A stretch of DNA of 63,550 nucleotides, filler included, from Octopus bimaculoides (Eukaryota): the NCBI RefSeq assembly GCF_001194135.2. It is 3 parts of 3 records of this genome, joined end to end, with 100 filler letters (N's around TTAATTAATTAA, not from the genome) between each part and the next. Parts side by side here need not be neighbours in the genome. Positions count along the whole stretch, not along the records: positions 29,387 to 54,090 come from NC_069010.1; 2 more parts are not named here. One strand, given 5' to 3'. Below are positions 29,961 through 40,980 of this stretch, piece after piece. Positions within the stretch are counted from its first letter, which is position 1; each line of letters begins with the position of its first letter. The notes beneath the pieces are model-generated. The model did no database searches, was not told where the DNA came from, and saw only the letters and a list, made by a program, of their open reading frames with translations. The position numbers and the translations under genes were made by a program.

Positions 29961-30582
29961 ATCATCATCATCATCATCGTTTAACGTCCGCTTTCCATGC
30001 TAGNNNNNNNNNNNNNNNNNNNNNNNNNNNNNNNNNNNNNNNNNNNNNNNNNNNNNNNNNNNNNNNNNNNNNNNNNNNNNNNNNNNNNNNNNNNNNNNNN
30101 NNNNNNNNNNNNNNNNNNNNNNNNNNNNNNNNNNNNNNNNNNNNNNNNNNNNNNNNNNNNNNNNNNNNNNNNNNNNNNNNNNNNNNNNNNNNNNNNNNNN
30201 NNNNNNNNNNNNNNNNNNNNNNNNNNNNNNNNNNNNNNNNNNNNNNNNNNNNNNNNNNNNNNNNNNNNNNNNNNNNNNNNNNNNNNNNNNNNNNNNNNNN
30301 NNNNNNNNNNNNNNNNNNNNNNNNNNNNNNNNNNNNNNNNNNNNNGTGCCACCCGCACAAGAACGAGTCCAGGGGCACTGGCAACGATCTTACTTGGCTT
30401 GCCGGCTCTTCTCACGCACAGCACATTTCCAAAGGTCTCGGTCAGTAGTCATCGCCTTGGTGAGGCCCAATGTACGAAGGTCTTGCCTCACCACCTCAGC
30501 CCAGGTCTTCCTGGGCCTACCTCTTCCACGGGTTCCCTCAACTGTTAGGGTGTGGCACTTTTTCACGCAGCTATCCTCATCC
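29961..30582 (-). mobile_element. 3' end of an RTE LINE (ORF2 C-terminus, 3' UTR, (GAT)n tail), interrupted by a gap
   Basis: Minus strand DEDSCVKKCHTLTVEGTRGRGRPRKTWAEVVRQDLRTLGLTKAMTTDRDLWKCAVREKSRQAK* (stop at 30390). The same C-terminus occurs on + at about 54015-54090. UTR-only copies lie at about 33790-34092, 34370-34700, 38210-38375, 44690-45130 and 48795-49420. Confidence 0.85.
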
Positions 30583-30620
30583 TTATATTAATATATAACA
30601 TCATCTTTGTGTTGTTTCAG

Positions 30621-30734
30621 TTTGTGGAGCCCCACATATTTGGGTGTGCCAAAGTTGCCTATGACCGGATGTGTGGGCAGTTTGGTATGGATCAGCAGAC
30701 CATTGTCGTCAGCGGAGAAAGTGGCGCAGGAAAG
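30621..30734 (+). CDS. MYO19: Myosin XIX-like motor exon, P-loop (FVEPHIFGCAKVAYDRMCGQFGMDQQTIVVSGESGAGK)
   Basis: ttgtttcag acceptor and AAG|gtatat donor; 114 nt, phase 0-0. PHIF and GESGAGK are canonical myosin motifs. Confidence 0.9.
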
Positions 30735-31916
30735 GTATATTATGATATATATTTCATTTTTTTCATTTTCATTTTATCTACTTTCAGCTCATGAGCTGTG
30801 GCCATGCTGGGGCACCACCATTTAGTATATATATATATATTCTTTTATTCTTTTATTTGTTTAAGTTATTTGACTGCGGCCATGCTGGAGCACTGCCTTT
30901 TAGTCAAACAAATCAACCCCAGGAATTATTCTTTTGTAAGCATAGTACTTATTCTATCGGTTTCTTTTGCCGAACCGCTAAGTTATTTGGGATGTAAACA
31001 CACCAACATCGGTTGTCAAGCGATGGTGGGGGGTTGACAAGCACAGATACACAAACATATGCATCTGTTTGTATCTTACTAGATATTTTATTTTGCAATG
31101 GCTCTTGTGCGGGTGGCACATAAAAGACACCATTTCGAGCGTGGCCGTTTTCGTTTTCGTGCGGGTGACACGTAAAAGCACCCACTACACTCNNNNNNNN
31201 NNNNNNNNNNNNNNNNNNNNNNNNNNNNNNNNNNNNNNNNNNNNNNNNNNNNNNNNNNNNNNNNNNNNNNNNNNNNNNNNNNNNNNNNNNNNNNNNNNNN
31301 NNNNNNNNNNNNNNNNNNNNNNNNNNNNNNNNNNNNNNNNNNNNNNNNNNNNNNNNNNNNNNNNNNNNNNNNNNNNNNNNNNNNNNNNNNNNNNNNNNNN
31401 NNNNNNNNNNNNNNNNNNNNNNNNNNNNNNNNNNNNNNNNNNNNNNNNNNNNNNNNNNNNNNNNNNNNNNNNNNNNNNNNNNNNNNNNNNNNNNNNNNNN
31501 NNNNNNNNNNNNNNNNNNNNNNNNNNNNNNNNNNNNNNNNNNNNNNNNNNNNNNNNNNNNNNNNNNNNNNNNNNNNNNNNNNNNNNNNNNNNNNNNNNNN
31601 NNNNNNNNNNNNNNNNNNNNNNNNNNNNNNNNNNNNNNNNNNNNNNNNNNNNNNNNNNNNNNNNNNNNNNNNNNNNNNNNNNNNNNNNNNNNNNNNNNNN
31701 NNNNNNNNNNNNNNNNNNNNNNNNNNNNNNNNNNNNNNNNNNNNNNNNNNNNNNNNNNNNNNNNNNNNNNNNNNNNNNNNNNNNNNNNNNNNNNCCAAAG
31801 CCTTGTTAGTGGATTTGGTATGCAAAAACTGAAAGAAGCTTGTCATATATATATAAATATATATATGTGCGTGTGTGTATAGGGTCATAATGTGTGTGTG
31901 TGTGTATTGGGTCATA

Positions 31917-31950
<34 letters not shown>

Positions 31951-32104
31951 TGGGTCATAATGTGGTTATTTTCATTTGCTTAAACTAAAAGTTGGAGGGG
32001 ATGGGATAAACTACCTGCATCAACTTGCTATAAAAGCTGGTAGTAATTTTACCAAGTCCTTATTCTTAGTGCAAGTTTTGAAGAGTGCTTTTGGTTTCTT
32101 GCAG

Positions 32105-32175
32105 AGAATCCTCTATGACTGGCAGAAAGATTGAAACTAAGATTTTAAAGTCTAACCCAATCTTAGAAGCTTTTG
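32105..32175 (+). CDS. MYO19: Myosin exon (ESSMTGRKIETKILKSNPILEAFG)
   Basis: ttcttgcag acceptor and G|gtgag donor; phase 2-1. Encodes the conserved SNPILEAFG motif. Confidence 0.85.
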
Positions 32176-32279
32176 GTGAGTTGACAAGCCTTTTTAATTT
32201 CACTGCCCAATGGCACAACACACATCCACTGCCCAATGGCACAACACAACTCCACTGACACACACCATTCAGTCACACA

Positions 32280-32510
32280 GGCGGCGAGCTGGCAGAAACG
32301 TTAGCACGCCGGGTGAAATGCTTAACGGTATTTCATCTGCCGCTACGTTCTGAGTTCAAATTCCGCCGAGGTCGACTTTGCCTTTCATCCTTTCGGGGTC
32401 GATTAAATAAGTACCAGTTACGCACTGGGGTCGATATAATCGACTTAATCCGTTTGTCTGTCCTTGTTTGTCCCCTCTGTGTGTAGCCCCTTGTGGGTAG
32501 TAAAGAAATA
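32280..32510 (+). mobile_element. Full-length tRNA-type SINE with a Deu/Nin-like central domain
   Basis: 20-bp TSD ACACACCATTCAGTCACACA (32260-32279 and 32511-32530); core gtcgactttgcctttcatcctttcggggtcga. Relatives at about 2628-2794(-), 6011-6210, 26588-26735, 56830-56970(-), 59225-59335(-) and 61860-62065. The domain name is tentative. Confidence 0.85.
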
Positions 32511-32675
32511 ACACACCATTCAGTCACACAAATCCTCCACCTTCCCTGCTACACAACAAACACTGTACAATCTCTTTAACCACTCCAGGTTTTTTTTATT
32601 CTCTTCCCTCACTCTGCTGTTTCTTGAATTCCATCATTTATCTCCCTTGACTGTGAACCTCTCTTTTCACTTCAG

Positions 32676-32745
32676 GTAATGCCACAACAACTCGGAATGA
32701 GAACAGTTCAAGATTTGGTAAATACATCCAGTTAAACTTTAACAG
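32676..32745 (+). CDS. MYO19: Myosin exon, switch-1 (GNATTTRNENSSRFGKYIQLNFNR)
   Basis: cacttcag acceptor and AG|gtatgt donor; phase 1-2. NxNSSRFGK motif. Confidence 0.92.
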
Positions 32746-32793
32746 GTATGTCTTAAATATCATTATTATAATCTGCTTGTTTGTTTGCCTGTT

Positions 32794-33163
32794 GTGGAGG
32801 CGCAATGGCCCAGTGGTTAGGGCAGCGGACTCGTGGTCATAGGATCACAGTTTCGATTCCCAGACCGGGTGTTGTGAGTGTTTATTGAGCGAAAACACCT
32901 AAAGCTCCACGAGGCTCCGGCAGGGGATGGTGGTGAACCCTGGTGTACTCTTCCACCACAACTTTCTCTCACTCTTACTTCCTGTTTCTGTTGTACCCGT
33001 ATTTCAAAGGGCCAGCTTTGTCACGCTGAATATCCCCCGAGAACTTCGTTAAGGGTACACGTGTCTGTGGAGTGCTCAGCCACTTGCACGTTAATTTCAC
33101 GAGCAGGCTGTTCCGTTGATCGGATCAACTGGAACCCTCGTCGTTGTAAGCGACGGAGTGCCA
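32794..33163 (+). mobile_element. tRNA-derived SINE (family with gtggagtgctcagccacttgcacg body)
   Basis: A-box TGGCCCAGTGG and B-box GTTTCGATTCC; 12-bp TSD TGTTTGCCTGTT. Other copies at 39713-40082(+), about 8445-8650(-), 45137-45380(-), 47972-48340(-) and 48345-48530(-), with diverged copies at 51826-52005(-) and 52645-52975(-). Confidence 0.88.
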
Positions 33164-35176
33164 TGTTTGCCTGTTATACTTTAGTTAGTTAGAGGTGGAG
33201 TGAGTGAGGGGAGGAGTGAAGAAAGAATAGAGGAAGAAATAGAGAAAGATGGTTAATATTGATACACTTAGGCCAAGTGTGTCATGTGGTCAGCTGATGG
33301 GTGAGGCGAAGAGTGAGAGAAAAAGAGGGAGAGAGAAGTGTTAACATGTAGTGCAGTGCAGGAGGAATACTTATTATATGGTTAAAAAGTTAGCTGAAGG
33401 GAAAGAGATGTTTAGGATACAATATTTAGCAGAGTGTGATGTTCTAGTGGTGAGGTTAAAGAAAAGTAGATAGAGATAGATGGACAGAGGAGACAGTTGT
33501 ATTGAAGAAGAGAGAGAGGCAGATGATGTTCGTTAGTATCAGAGTAGAGATATATCGTGGAGGCACAATGGCCCAGTGGTGAGGGCAGTGGACTTGAAAT
33601 GCTGATTTTTTTCCCCCACTTCTTCCTTCCTTATTCATCTATCACCCCTTCCTTTCTCTCATTGCTATTACTTTCTATCACTCCCTCTCAGTCAGGGCTA
33701 TTACCCTCACTACTTCTCCTTCAGTGAATTACTCTCCTCTTCTGTGACCAGTGTGATTTTGGACAAATATATATTTATATATATATATATATATCATCAT
33801 CATCGTTTAACGTCCGCTTCCCATGCTAGCATGGGTTGGACGAATTGACTGAGGACTGGTGAAACCGGATGGCAACACCAGGCTCCAATCTGATTTGGCA
33901 GAGTTTCTACAGCTGGATGCCCTTCCTAACGCCAACCACTCCGAGAGTGTAGTGGGTGCTTTTACGTGTCACCTGCACGAAGGCCAGTCAGGCGGTACTG
34001 GCAACGGCCACCCTCAAAATGGTGTATTTTATGTGCCACCCGCACAAGAGCCAGTCCAGGGGCACTGGCAAGGATCTCGCTCGAAAATCCTTNNNNNNNN
34101 NNNNNNNNNNNNNNNNNNNNNNNNNNNNNNNNNNNNNNNNNNNNNNNNNNNNNNNNNNNNNNNNNNNNNNNNNNNNNNNNNNNNNNNNNNNNNNNNNNNN
34201 NNNNNNNNNNNNNNNNNNNNNNNNNNNNNNNNNNNNNNNNNNNNNNNNNNNNNNNNNNNNNNNNNNNNNNNNNNNNNNNNNNNNNNNNNNNNNNNNNNNN
34301 NNNNNNNNNNNNNNNNNNNNNNNNNNNNNNNNNNNNNNNNNNNNNNNNNNNNNNNNNNNNNNNTATATATATCATCATCATCATCATCATCATCGTTTAA
34401 CGTCCGCTTTCCATGCTAGCATGGGTTGGTCGAATTGACTGAGGACTGGTGAAACCGGATGGCAACACCAGGCTCCAATCTGATTTGGCAGAGTTTCTAC
34501 AGCTGGATGCCCTTCCTAACGCCAACCACTCCGAGAGTGTACTGGGTGCTTTTATGTGTCACCCACACGAAGGCCAGTCAGGCGGTACTGGCAACGGCCA
34601 CGCTCAAAATGGTGTATTTTATGTGCCACCCGCACAAGAGCCAGTCCAGGGGCACTGGCAAGGATCTCGCTCGAAAATCCTTCGAAGGCCAGTCAGGCGG
34701 CACTGGCAAATATATATACATATATATATATATTATGCTCATTATTATATTAGGAGATGTGTGTGTGTATGTGTATGTATATATATATATATGTGTATAT
34801 ATGTATGTATGTATGTATTTATGTATATATAGATATGTGTTGTGTGTGTGTATAATTTAAATGGAATCGAAGAAACAGATCGACATTTTGATTTAGCATG
34901 GTTTCATCAATGGAAATATGGAAATGATATTTGACTTCGCCAATAGAAAGAGATAGAGAGAATGAGAAAAAGAGAAGCAGAGAGTGAAAGAGAGAGAGAG
35001 AGAGAGAGCTTGAGGAAAAGAGTTGCTGAGAGAGAAAGAGTGAGAGAGCATGACAAGAAGAAAGGCAGGGATAGAAAATGAAGGATTGATCTCTGCACTG
35101 AAATGGGCTGCATTTATTGTAATAACAATGACAAGATGGCAGTTGGCAGTGATGGTAGGAATATTTCCCATCTATA

Positions 35177-35894
35177 GGGCTTTCCTATAAATAGGTTATC
35201 TCCCTTGGCTAGGCGGCGCTCCATGTAGATAATTAAACTTCCGGAGGCTAACCCACGCCATTGTTATTGTTTTACGTCTTATCATGGATATAAAGCAGCT
35301 TGATGATTCAGCTATCGAAGTACTTACTGTGCCTGAGTTAAAGAAATATTTAAGATTATATGGACAGTATGTCACTGGACGAAAGGTGGACTTGACTGAA
35401 AGGTTGAAAGGAATAAAAATTCTGTCGATGAAGAATGTCAACAAAGTAAATTCATCGGACGATAAGTCTGAAGTATCGGACGATACTTCAGACAGGAATA
35501 AGCAGAAGCTTATATCTCCTCTCGGTGAAGTATTGCCTGANNNNNNNNNNGCCGAATTCCACAGATAATGACATAATTACCTCGTGCTACGGATGAAAGC
35601 AAAGCAACAGTTAAGGAGTGGCATATTTTACCACGACAGACACGTACACAGCATCGAATACCACGATGTGAGTGAAAGCTGCTCTCACTGTATTGTCCGG
35701 TGTCTGGTAATCCCTTCGATACCGACATCAAACCCAAAAAAGAATCCTGACCACAGAGTGTGGGTAACTATGTCAAAGGTCACTGGCAATGTGCATTCAG
35801 CTGATTGCAACTGTTAAAGCAAGTCACTGAGCATGCGTACATGTCATACGGGAGAGTTCCAATCAGGGGTGGATAACACCTTATAGGAAAGCCC
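35177..35894 (+). mobile_element. Internally deleted TIR DNA transposon, Kolobok-like, carrying a SAP-domain/SWIM-start ORF remnant
   Basis: Perfect 14-bp TIR GGGCTTTCCTATAA; flanks TATA and TTAA. ORF LTVPELKKYLRLYGQYVTGRKVDLTERL is SAP-like, followed by ...VWVTMSKVTGNVHSADCNC (start of a SWIM-type finger). Confidence 0.65.
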
Positions 35895-35923
35895 TTAAGC
35901 TGGTCCCATTTTCTCTTCTGTAG

Positions 35924-36026
35924 GTCTGGGAACATGAAGGGAGCAGCCATCAGCACATATTTACTGGAGAAGACCAGAGTCGTACATCAGGGACCTGCAG
36001 AATGTAACTTCCATATTTTTTATCAG
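35924..36026 (+). CDS. MYO19: Myosin exon ([34 protein letters not shown])
   Basis: cttctgtag acceptor and CAG|gtttgt donor; phase 2-0. YLLEKTRV and NFHIFYQ motifs. Confidence 0.92.
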
Positions 36027-36787
36027 GTTTGTATGTTGTTGTTGTTGTTGATGGTGGTGGTTATGGTGGTCATGGTGTTGGTGGCCGTGGTGGTGGCAGT
36101 AGCAGTGGTTGTGGTAGTAGTCTTTACGATGGTAGTGGTGGCAGTGGCAGTGGCAGTGACAGTGGTGGTGCAATAGCAGCAACAGTTGCAGCTTGGCAGA
36201 ATTGCTGGAGCATCAGGTAAAAGCGCCTTCCAGCATCTGTTCTGGCTTTTTACTTTCAGAGTTCAGATCCTGCTGAGTTCGACTTCTTTCCCAGGGTCGA
36301 TGTCCCACTCAAATTGCCGCCAAACTTCTGGCTTTCTGCTAATGTAAAAAACATTACAAATATTATTTCGTCACCTGATTAAGTAGTTTGCTTTGAACCC
36401 ATGTGGTCTTAGGGTTGATAAGTCTCCTCAGTTGTGAGGTTTTATCTTGTAGGTACTTGGCAACTTAAGCAGTGCTGGGGGTCACATAAAAAGCTCCTAG
36501 TACACTCTGTTAAGTGGTTGGTGTTAGGAAAGTCATCCAGCATGGCCGCAATCAAATGACTGAAACTAGTAAAAGAATTCCCATAACTTAGCAGTTTAGC
36601 AAAATGAGACCAATAAAATGAATAAGATAAATACTGCAGTTCATTTGTTTGGCTAAAACCCTTCAACACACTGCTCCAGCAAGGCCACAGTCCAATGACT
36701 AAAACAAATTAAGGGTAGCGGGTAAATAGGTAACGAAGCAGAATTAAAGTTGACACCATCAATGAGTGATTTGTTTCTGCTTCACAG

Positions 36788-36884
36788 ATGATGCAGCCTG
36801 GACTTAGAGGAATCAAGGCCATTGGTCAGTTCTTTGACGGTTTTGACCAAAGCATTTCATTCAGAATCCTACCAGGACAATCAG
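36788..36884 (+). CDS. MYO19: Myosin exon, variable region (MMQPGLRGIKAIGQFFDGFDQSISFRILPGQS)
   Basis: cttcacag acceptor and G|gtcaga donor; phase 0-1 bridges the neighbouring exons exactly. Weak motif content. Confidence 0.75.
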
Positions 36885-37405
36885 GTCAGATTTGCTCTTC
36901 TTTACATATTCCTTACATTGTCTGTTTTTGAACTAATTGACCATCATGGCTTGGCTGTGTGGTTAAGAAGCTCGCTTCTCAACCATATGGTCTTCGGTTC
37001 AATCCCACTGTGTGACACCTTGCGCAAGCGCCTTCTACTGTATAACCCTGTGCTGATCAGTCTTTGTGAGTTGATTTTGTTAGTTGAAACTAAAGAGAAA
37101 CCTATCGTGTGTACATATACAAATACATATATATATATATATATANNNNNNNNNNNNNNNNNNNNNNNNNNNNNNNNNNNNNNNNNNNNNNNNNNNNNNN
37201 NNNNNNNNNNNNNNNNNNNNNNNNNNNNNNNNNNNNNNNNNNNNNNNNNNNNNNNNNNNNNNNNNNNNNNNNNNNNNNNNNNNNNNNNNNNNNNNNNNNN
37301 NNNNNNNNNNCCATGAAAGAAAGTATTGAATGTAGATGAAATATTGAGTGTTCAATATAAAGGATCAAATATATAAATATATAAATATAAATATATATAT
37401 ATAAA

Positions 37406-37445
37406 GGCGACTCGAGTTTCAGGGCTATTTCCCTTCGTCATGGCC
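37406..37445 (-). ncRNA. Second, unrelated minimal hammerhead-like motif (Penelope pLTR type)
   Basis: The reverse strand reads GGC C(A)TGACGA AGGG aaatag CCCT GAAA CTCGAG TC GCC. It has palindromic stem III ACTCGAGT, a GUC triplet, and one extra A in the core. Confidence 0.45.
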
Positions 37446-37464
37446 GGTATGACAGACTTTATAT

Positions 37465-37524
37465 ACATAATTTAGGGATCAGCAAATATTTGCTTCACCA
37501 TATTTGCTGATCCCTAAATTATGT
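37465..37524. repeat. Perfect inverted repeat, 25-bp arms and 10-nt loop
   Basis: ACATAATTTAGGGATCAGCAAATAT-ttgcttcacc-ATATTTGCTGATCCCTAAATTATGT. Confidence 0.95.
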
Positions 37525-37667
37525 TTATAAATATATATGAACTTTTAAATAAGTTCTCCACCGATAATGGTGCTTACATACCGAAGGGCTTGGTAAAAAT
37601 TATTAATTGTTGATTTATTAATAAATTAATAAATTGATAATCCTTTACCCTTTTAATTTGTAATAAT

Positions 37668-37714
<47 letters not shown>

Positions 37715-38403
37715 AGGTGCGTGGCTTAGTGGTTAGGATGTCAGCATCATGATCGTAAGATTGTGGTTTCGATTCCTGGACTGGGCGACGCTTTGTGTTT
37801 CTTGAGCAAGACACTTCATTTCACGTTGCTCCAGTCCATTCAGCTGGCAATTGTCTACCAAAACATTGGATTTGGTTGACGGAAACTGAAAGAGCCCATT
37901 GTATGTGCGCGCGCGTGTCTGTGTGTGTATATATATATATATATATATTTGTATGTATGTGTGTGTGTGTCTTTGTGTCTATGTTTGTCCCTTCCATCCT
38001 CGCTTGACAACCAATGTTGGTGTGTTTATGTCCTCATAACTTAGTGGTTCAGCAAGAAAGACTGATAGCATAAGTACTTAAGTACTAGGTTTACAAAGAA
38101 TAAGTCCTGGGCTTGATTTTGTCAACTAAAATACCCTTTTACGGTGGTGCTCCAGTATGGCCGCAGTCAAGTGACTGAAGTAAGTAATGGCTGTTTACTT
38201 AGCCTGTCATCATCATCATCCTCATCGTTTAACGTCCGCTTTCCATGCTAGCATGGGTTGGACGATTTGACTGAGGACTGGTGAAACCGGATGGCAACAC
38301 CAAGCTCCAATCTAAATTTGGCAGAGTTTCTACAGCTGGATGCCCTTCCTAACGCCAACCACTCAGAGAGTGTAGTCATATAAAATCTTTTTTGTATTTT
38401 CAG

Positions 38404-38501
38404 AGAGGTCTGCTGGAAAAGACAGTGAAATGCTCCAAAACACCATGAAAGCTTTGGAGGAAATTGGTGTGACAGACAGCCAAACGAAGCAGATATTCCA
38501 G
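38404..38501 (+). CDS. MYO19: Myosin exon (ERSAGKDSEMLQNTMKALEEIGVTDSQTKQIFQ)
   Basis: tattttcag acceptor and CAG|gtaatt donor; phase 1-0. Matches the T..A...IG.......IF pattern of myosin motors. Confidence 0.85.
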
Positions 38502-39415
38502 GTAATTCTTATTGTATATCTTTCATTACCTTACATCAAGCTCCTTTATTTATTAATTTTTTAATCTCCTCCATGTTATGGGCACCAACACCTGGGTTTA
38601 CAGCTGATGCTGCAAGATTGGAGCTGGAGAACATCTTGTTGTGCATTACATCCCAGACTAAGGATCTGCCTCCCTCAAATGTAAAGAAAAAATAAAAATA
38701 AATGCGCCCTTTTAAAGCCTAGCCAGGCTCATGGGCCCGGTTTCCCGGTTTCAATGGCGTATGTGTTCCCCAGCTGGACGGGACGCCAGTCCATTGCAGC
38801 GTTACTCATTTTTGCCATCTGAGTGGACTGGAGCAACGTGAAATGAAGTGTTCTGCTCAAGAACACAACGCGTCGCCTGGTCCAGGAATTGAAACCACAA
38901 TCTTATGATCTTGATGCTGACACCCTAACCACTAAGCCACGTGCCTCCACCAAATGTAAAGAGATTGTCTAATATTTCTGAATCTTTTCTGTTTAGCTGC
39001 CACTTTTCAATTTCTACAATATCTGTTCCAATTGATTTCATATTAGTTGTAATGATGTAGTTTTATATGGTAATCATTAACATGAAATTCATTTTCGCCA
39101 TAAATCAATAAATAAAGAGTTAGTAGCTTTTAAAGTTTGAATAGTTTGGCTAAATTTAGCCAATTGTAAGCCAGACACACTCATGCCTGTTCCCATAGTA
39201 ACAAGGCAAGCTATTAACAAGCTGCTTACTCGTGCAATAATTTTTCGCTTATTAAATGGTGGTTGTAAGATGTACTAAAAATAACAGCTAAATATAAAGG
39301 CTAACATATAATCAGGAGGATGTGTGGTGCCCAACTAGGCCCTTCCCGTTGACTGAAACAAGTTAAAGAATGGAATAAAAGAAAAATGCTTTTTTGAATT
39401 TTGGTATCTTTGCAG

Positions 39416-39500
39416 ATTCTTCTGGCCATATTGTATCTTGGTAACATAGAATTTATAAAAGGACAGGATGAAGATACAACTAAAATCAAACAGTCCAAAG
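39416..39500 (+). CDS. MYO19: Myosin exon (ILLAILYLGNIEFIKGQDEDTTKIKQSK)
   Basis: ctttgcag acceptor and G|gtttgt donor; phase 0-1. L.AIL.LGNIEF motif. Confidence 0.88.
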
Positions 39501-39530
39501 GTTTGTTTATTTCTTTGAAACTTTGCTTAA

Positions 39531-40191
39531 CCCATTACCTCCCATAAATCTATTGACTGGAATTTTTTTTATGAAACTTTGATTTCTAGCATAAAACAGC
39601 CTCAGAAACACGCTGGAATGATCAAAATAACATTTTAAATAGAAATAAGTGAGATATTGGGTGAAAAATTAGCAAACCTCATTTGAATATCAGAGAAATA
39701 TACCTAGTAGATGTGGAGGTGCAATGGCCCAGTGGTTAGGGCAGCGGACTTGTGGTTTCGATTCCCAGACCGGGCGTTGTGAGTGTTTATTGAGCGAAAA
39801 CACCTAAAGCTCCACGAGGCTCCGGCAGGGGATGGTGGCGAACCCTGCTGTACTCTTCCACCACAACTTTATCTCACTCTTACTTCCTGTTTCTGTTGTA
39901 CCTGTAATTCAAAGGGTCAGCCTTGTCACACTGTGTCACGCTGAATATCCCCGAGAACTACGTTAAGGGTACACGTGTCTGTGGAGTGCTCAGCCACTTG
40001 CACGTTAATTTCACGAGCAGGCTGGTTCCGTTGATCGGATCAACTGGAACCCTCGACGTCGTAAGCGATGGAGTGCCAACACATACCTAGTAGATATAGC
40101 AAAAAGGTTAGATATGTGTAAATATTGACAGATAATTACGAAATTTGTAATTTTTAAGTGATCTCATATAAGATCACTGGTAGGTAATGGG
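39531..40191. mobile_element. piggyBac-like MITE with a nested SINE
   Basis: TTAA on both sides; TIR CCCATTACCT(C/A)CC. The nested SINE at 39713-40082 has a 13-bp TSD ATACCTAGTAGAT. Confidence 0.8.
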
Positions 40192-40793
40192 TTAAATTGA
40201 AACTGAATTGAAAGGGATTTTAAAATGTAAAATACTTTGTGGTATTTGTTTTCACCCTCAGTGCTCTGAGTTCAAATATTGCCGCAGTCAGAGAGTTTGC
40301 TATATCTTTGCATTGAAAGGCCACAGCTCCAGTACTATGGACAGGTGGTTTTGAAAATTGCCAGAAAGAATTGCAAAACAAATTCATCGAGCACAGGGTG
40401 GACCAAGATTGAGATGGTTAGATAATATCCAAAGTCTTAGTCGATCACACTTGGGAATCCATTAGGAAAGCGTAATGATAGTTGCTTCTGATAGGACCCA
40501 ATGGAGGTACCTGAGGACTTTACCCACCACTAACCTTTTAGAAATACAATGGTCGGCCAACTATTGTAAAAGTGTTTAAGCAATGTTGTTTTCAGTCTCT
40601 GTAAAAAGAATGTCTGGCCATGAGGAAATATTAGCCTGCTTGAAAATAGGTGAAGGTTGGTGACAGAAAGGGCATCCTGCTGTAGAAAACCTTTCTCAAT
40701 AAATTTCCCCTGACCCATGCAAGCATGGAAAAGTGAACGTTAATATGATAATGTCGATGCTGATGATGATAACGATGATGTGTCTACTTCCAG

Positions 40794-40980
40794 GAAGTTC
40801 CGATGCCATGCAAAACGCATGCAATCTACTGTGCATCGACAGCAGACAGCTACAGCATATTCTCCTGCATCGTAACATCCATTCTGGCCGGAAGGGACGT
40901 GAGAGTATGTTTGTGAAACCTGTACGACAGTCTGAAGCGGCCAACCGCCGTGACTGTCTGGCCATGCTGTTATACTCCAG
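40794..40980 (+). CDS. MYO19: Myosin exon (GSSDAMQNACNLLCIDSRQLQHILLHRNIHSGRKGRESMFVKPVRQSEAANRRDCLAMLLYS)
   Basis: cttccag acceptor and AG|gtgagg donor; phase 1-2. RRDCLA.L.Y matches human MYO19 RRDCLAKLIY as I recall it, where most myosins have RDALAK. Confidence 0.9.

Noticed and set aside
30789-30825. Candidate for the missing myosin exon after a strong ttcag acceptor
   Set aside because: It encodes LMSCGHAGAPPF from SINE sequence, lacks the required Thr after GESGAGK and gives the wrong phase.
32794-32870. tRNA genes at SINE heads (also 39713, 43494, 49920)
   Set aside because: They have A/B boxes but no complete cloverleaf and continue into SINE bodies with TSDs.
33790-34700. Two near-identical RTE UTR copies either side of a gap, with several 120-190 aa ORFs
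   Set aside because: Non-coding LINE UTR; the duplication may be allelic or an assembly artefact, and the ORFs depend on Ns.
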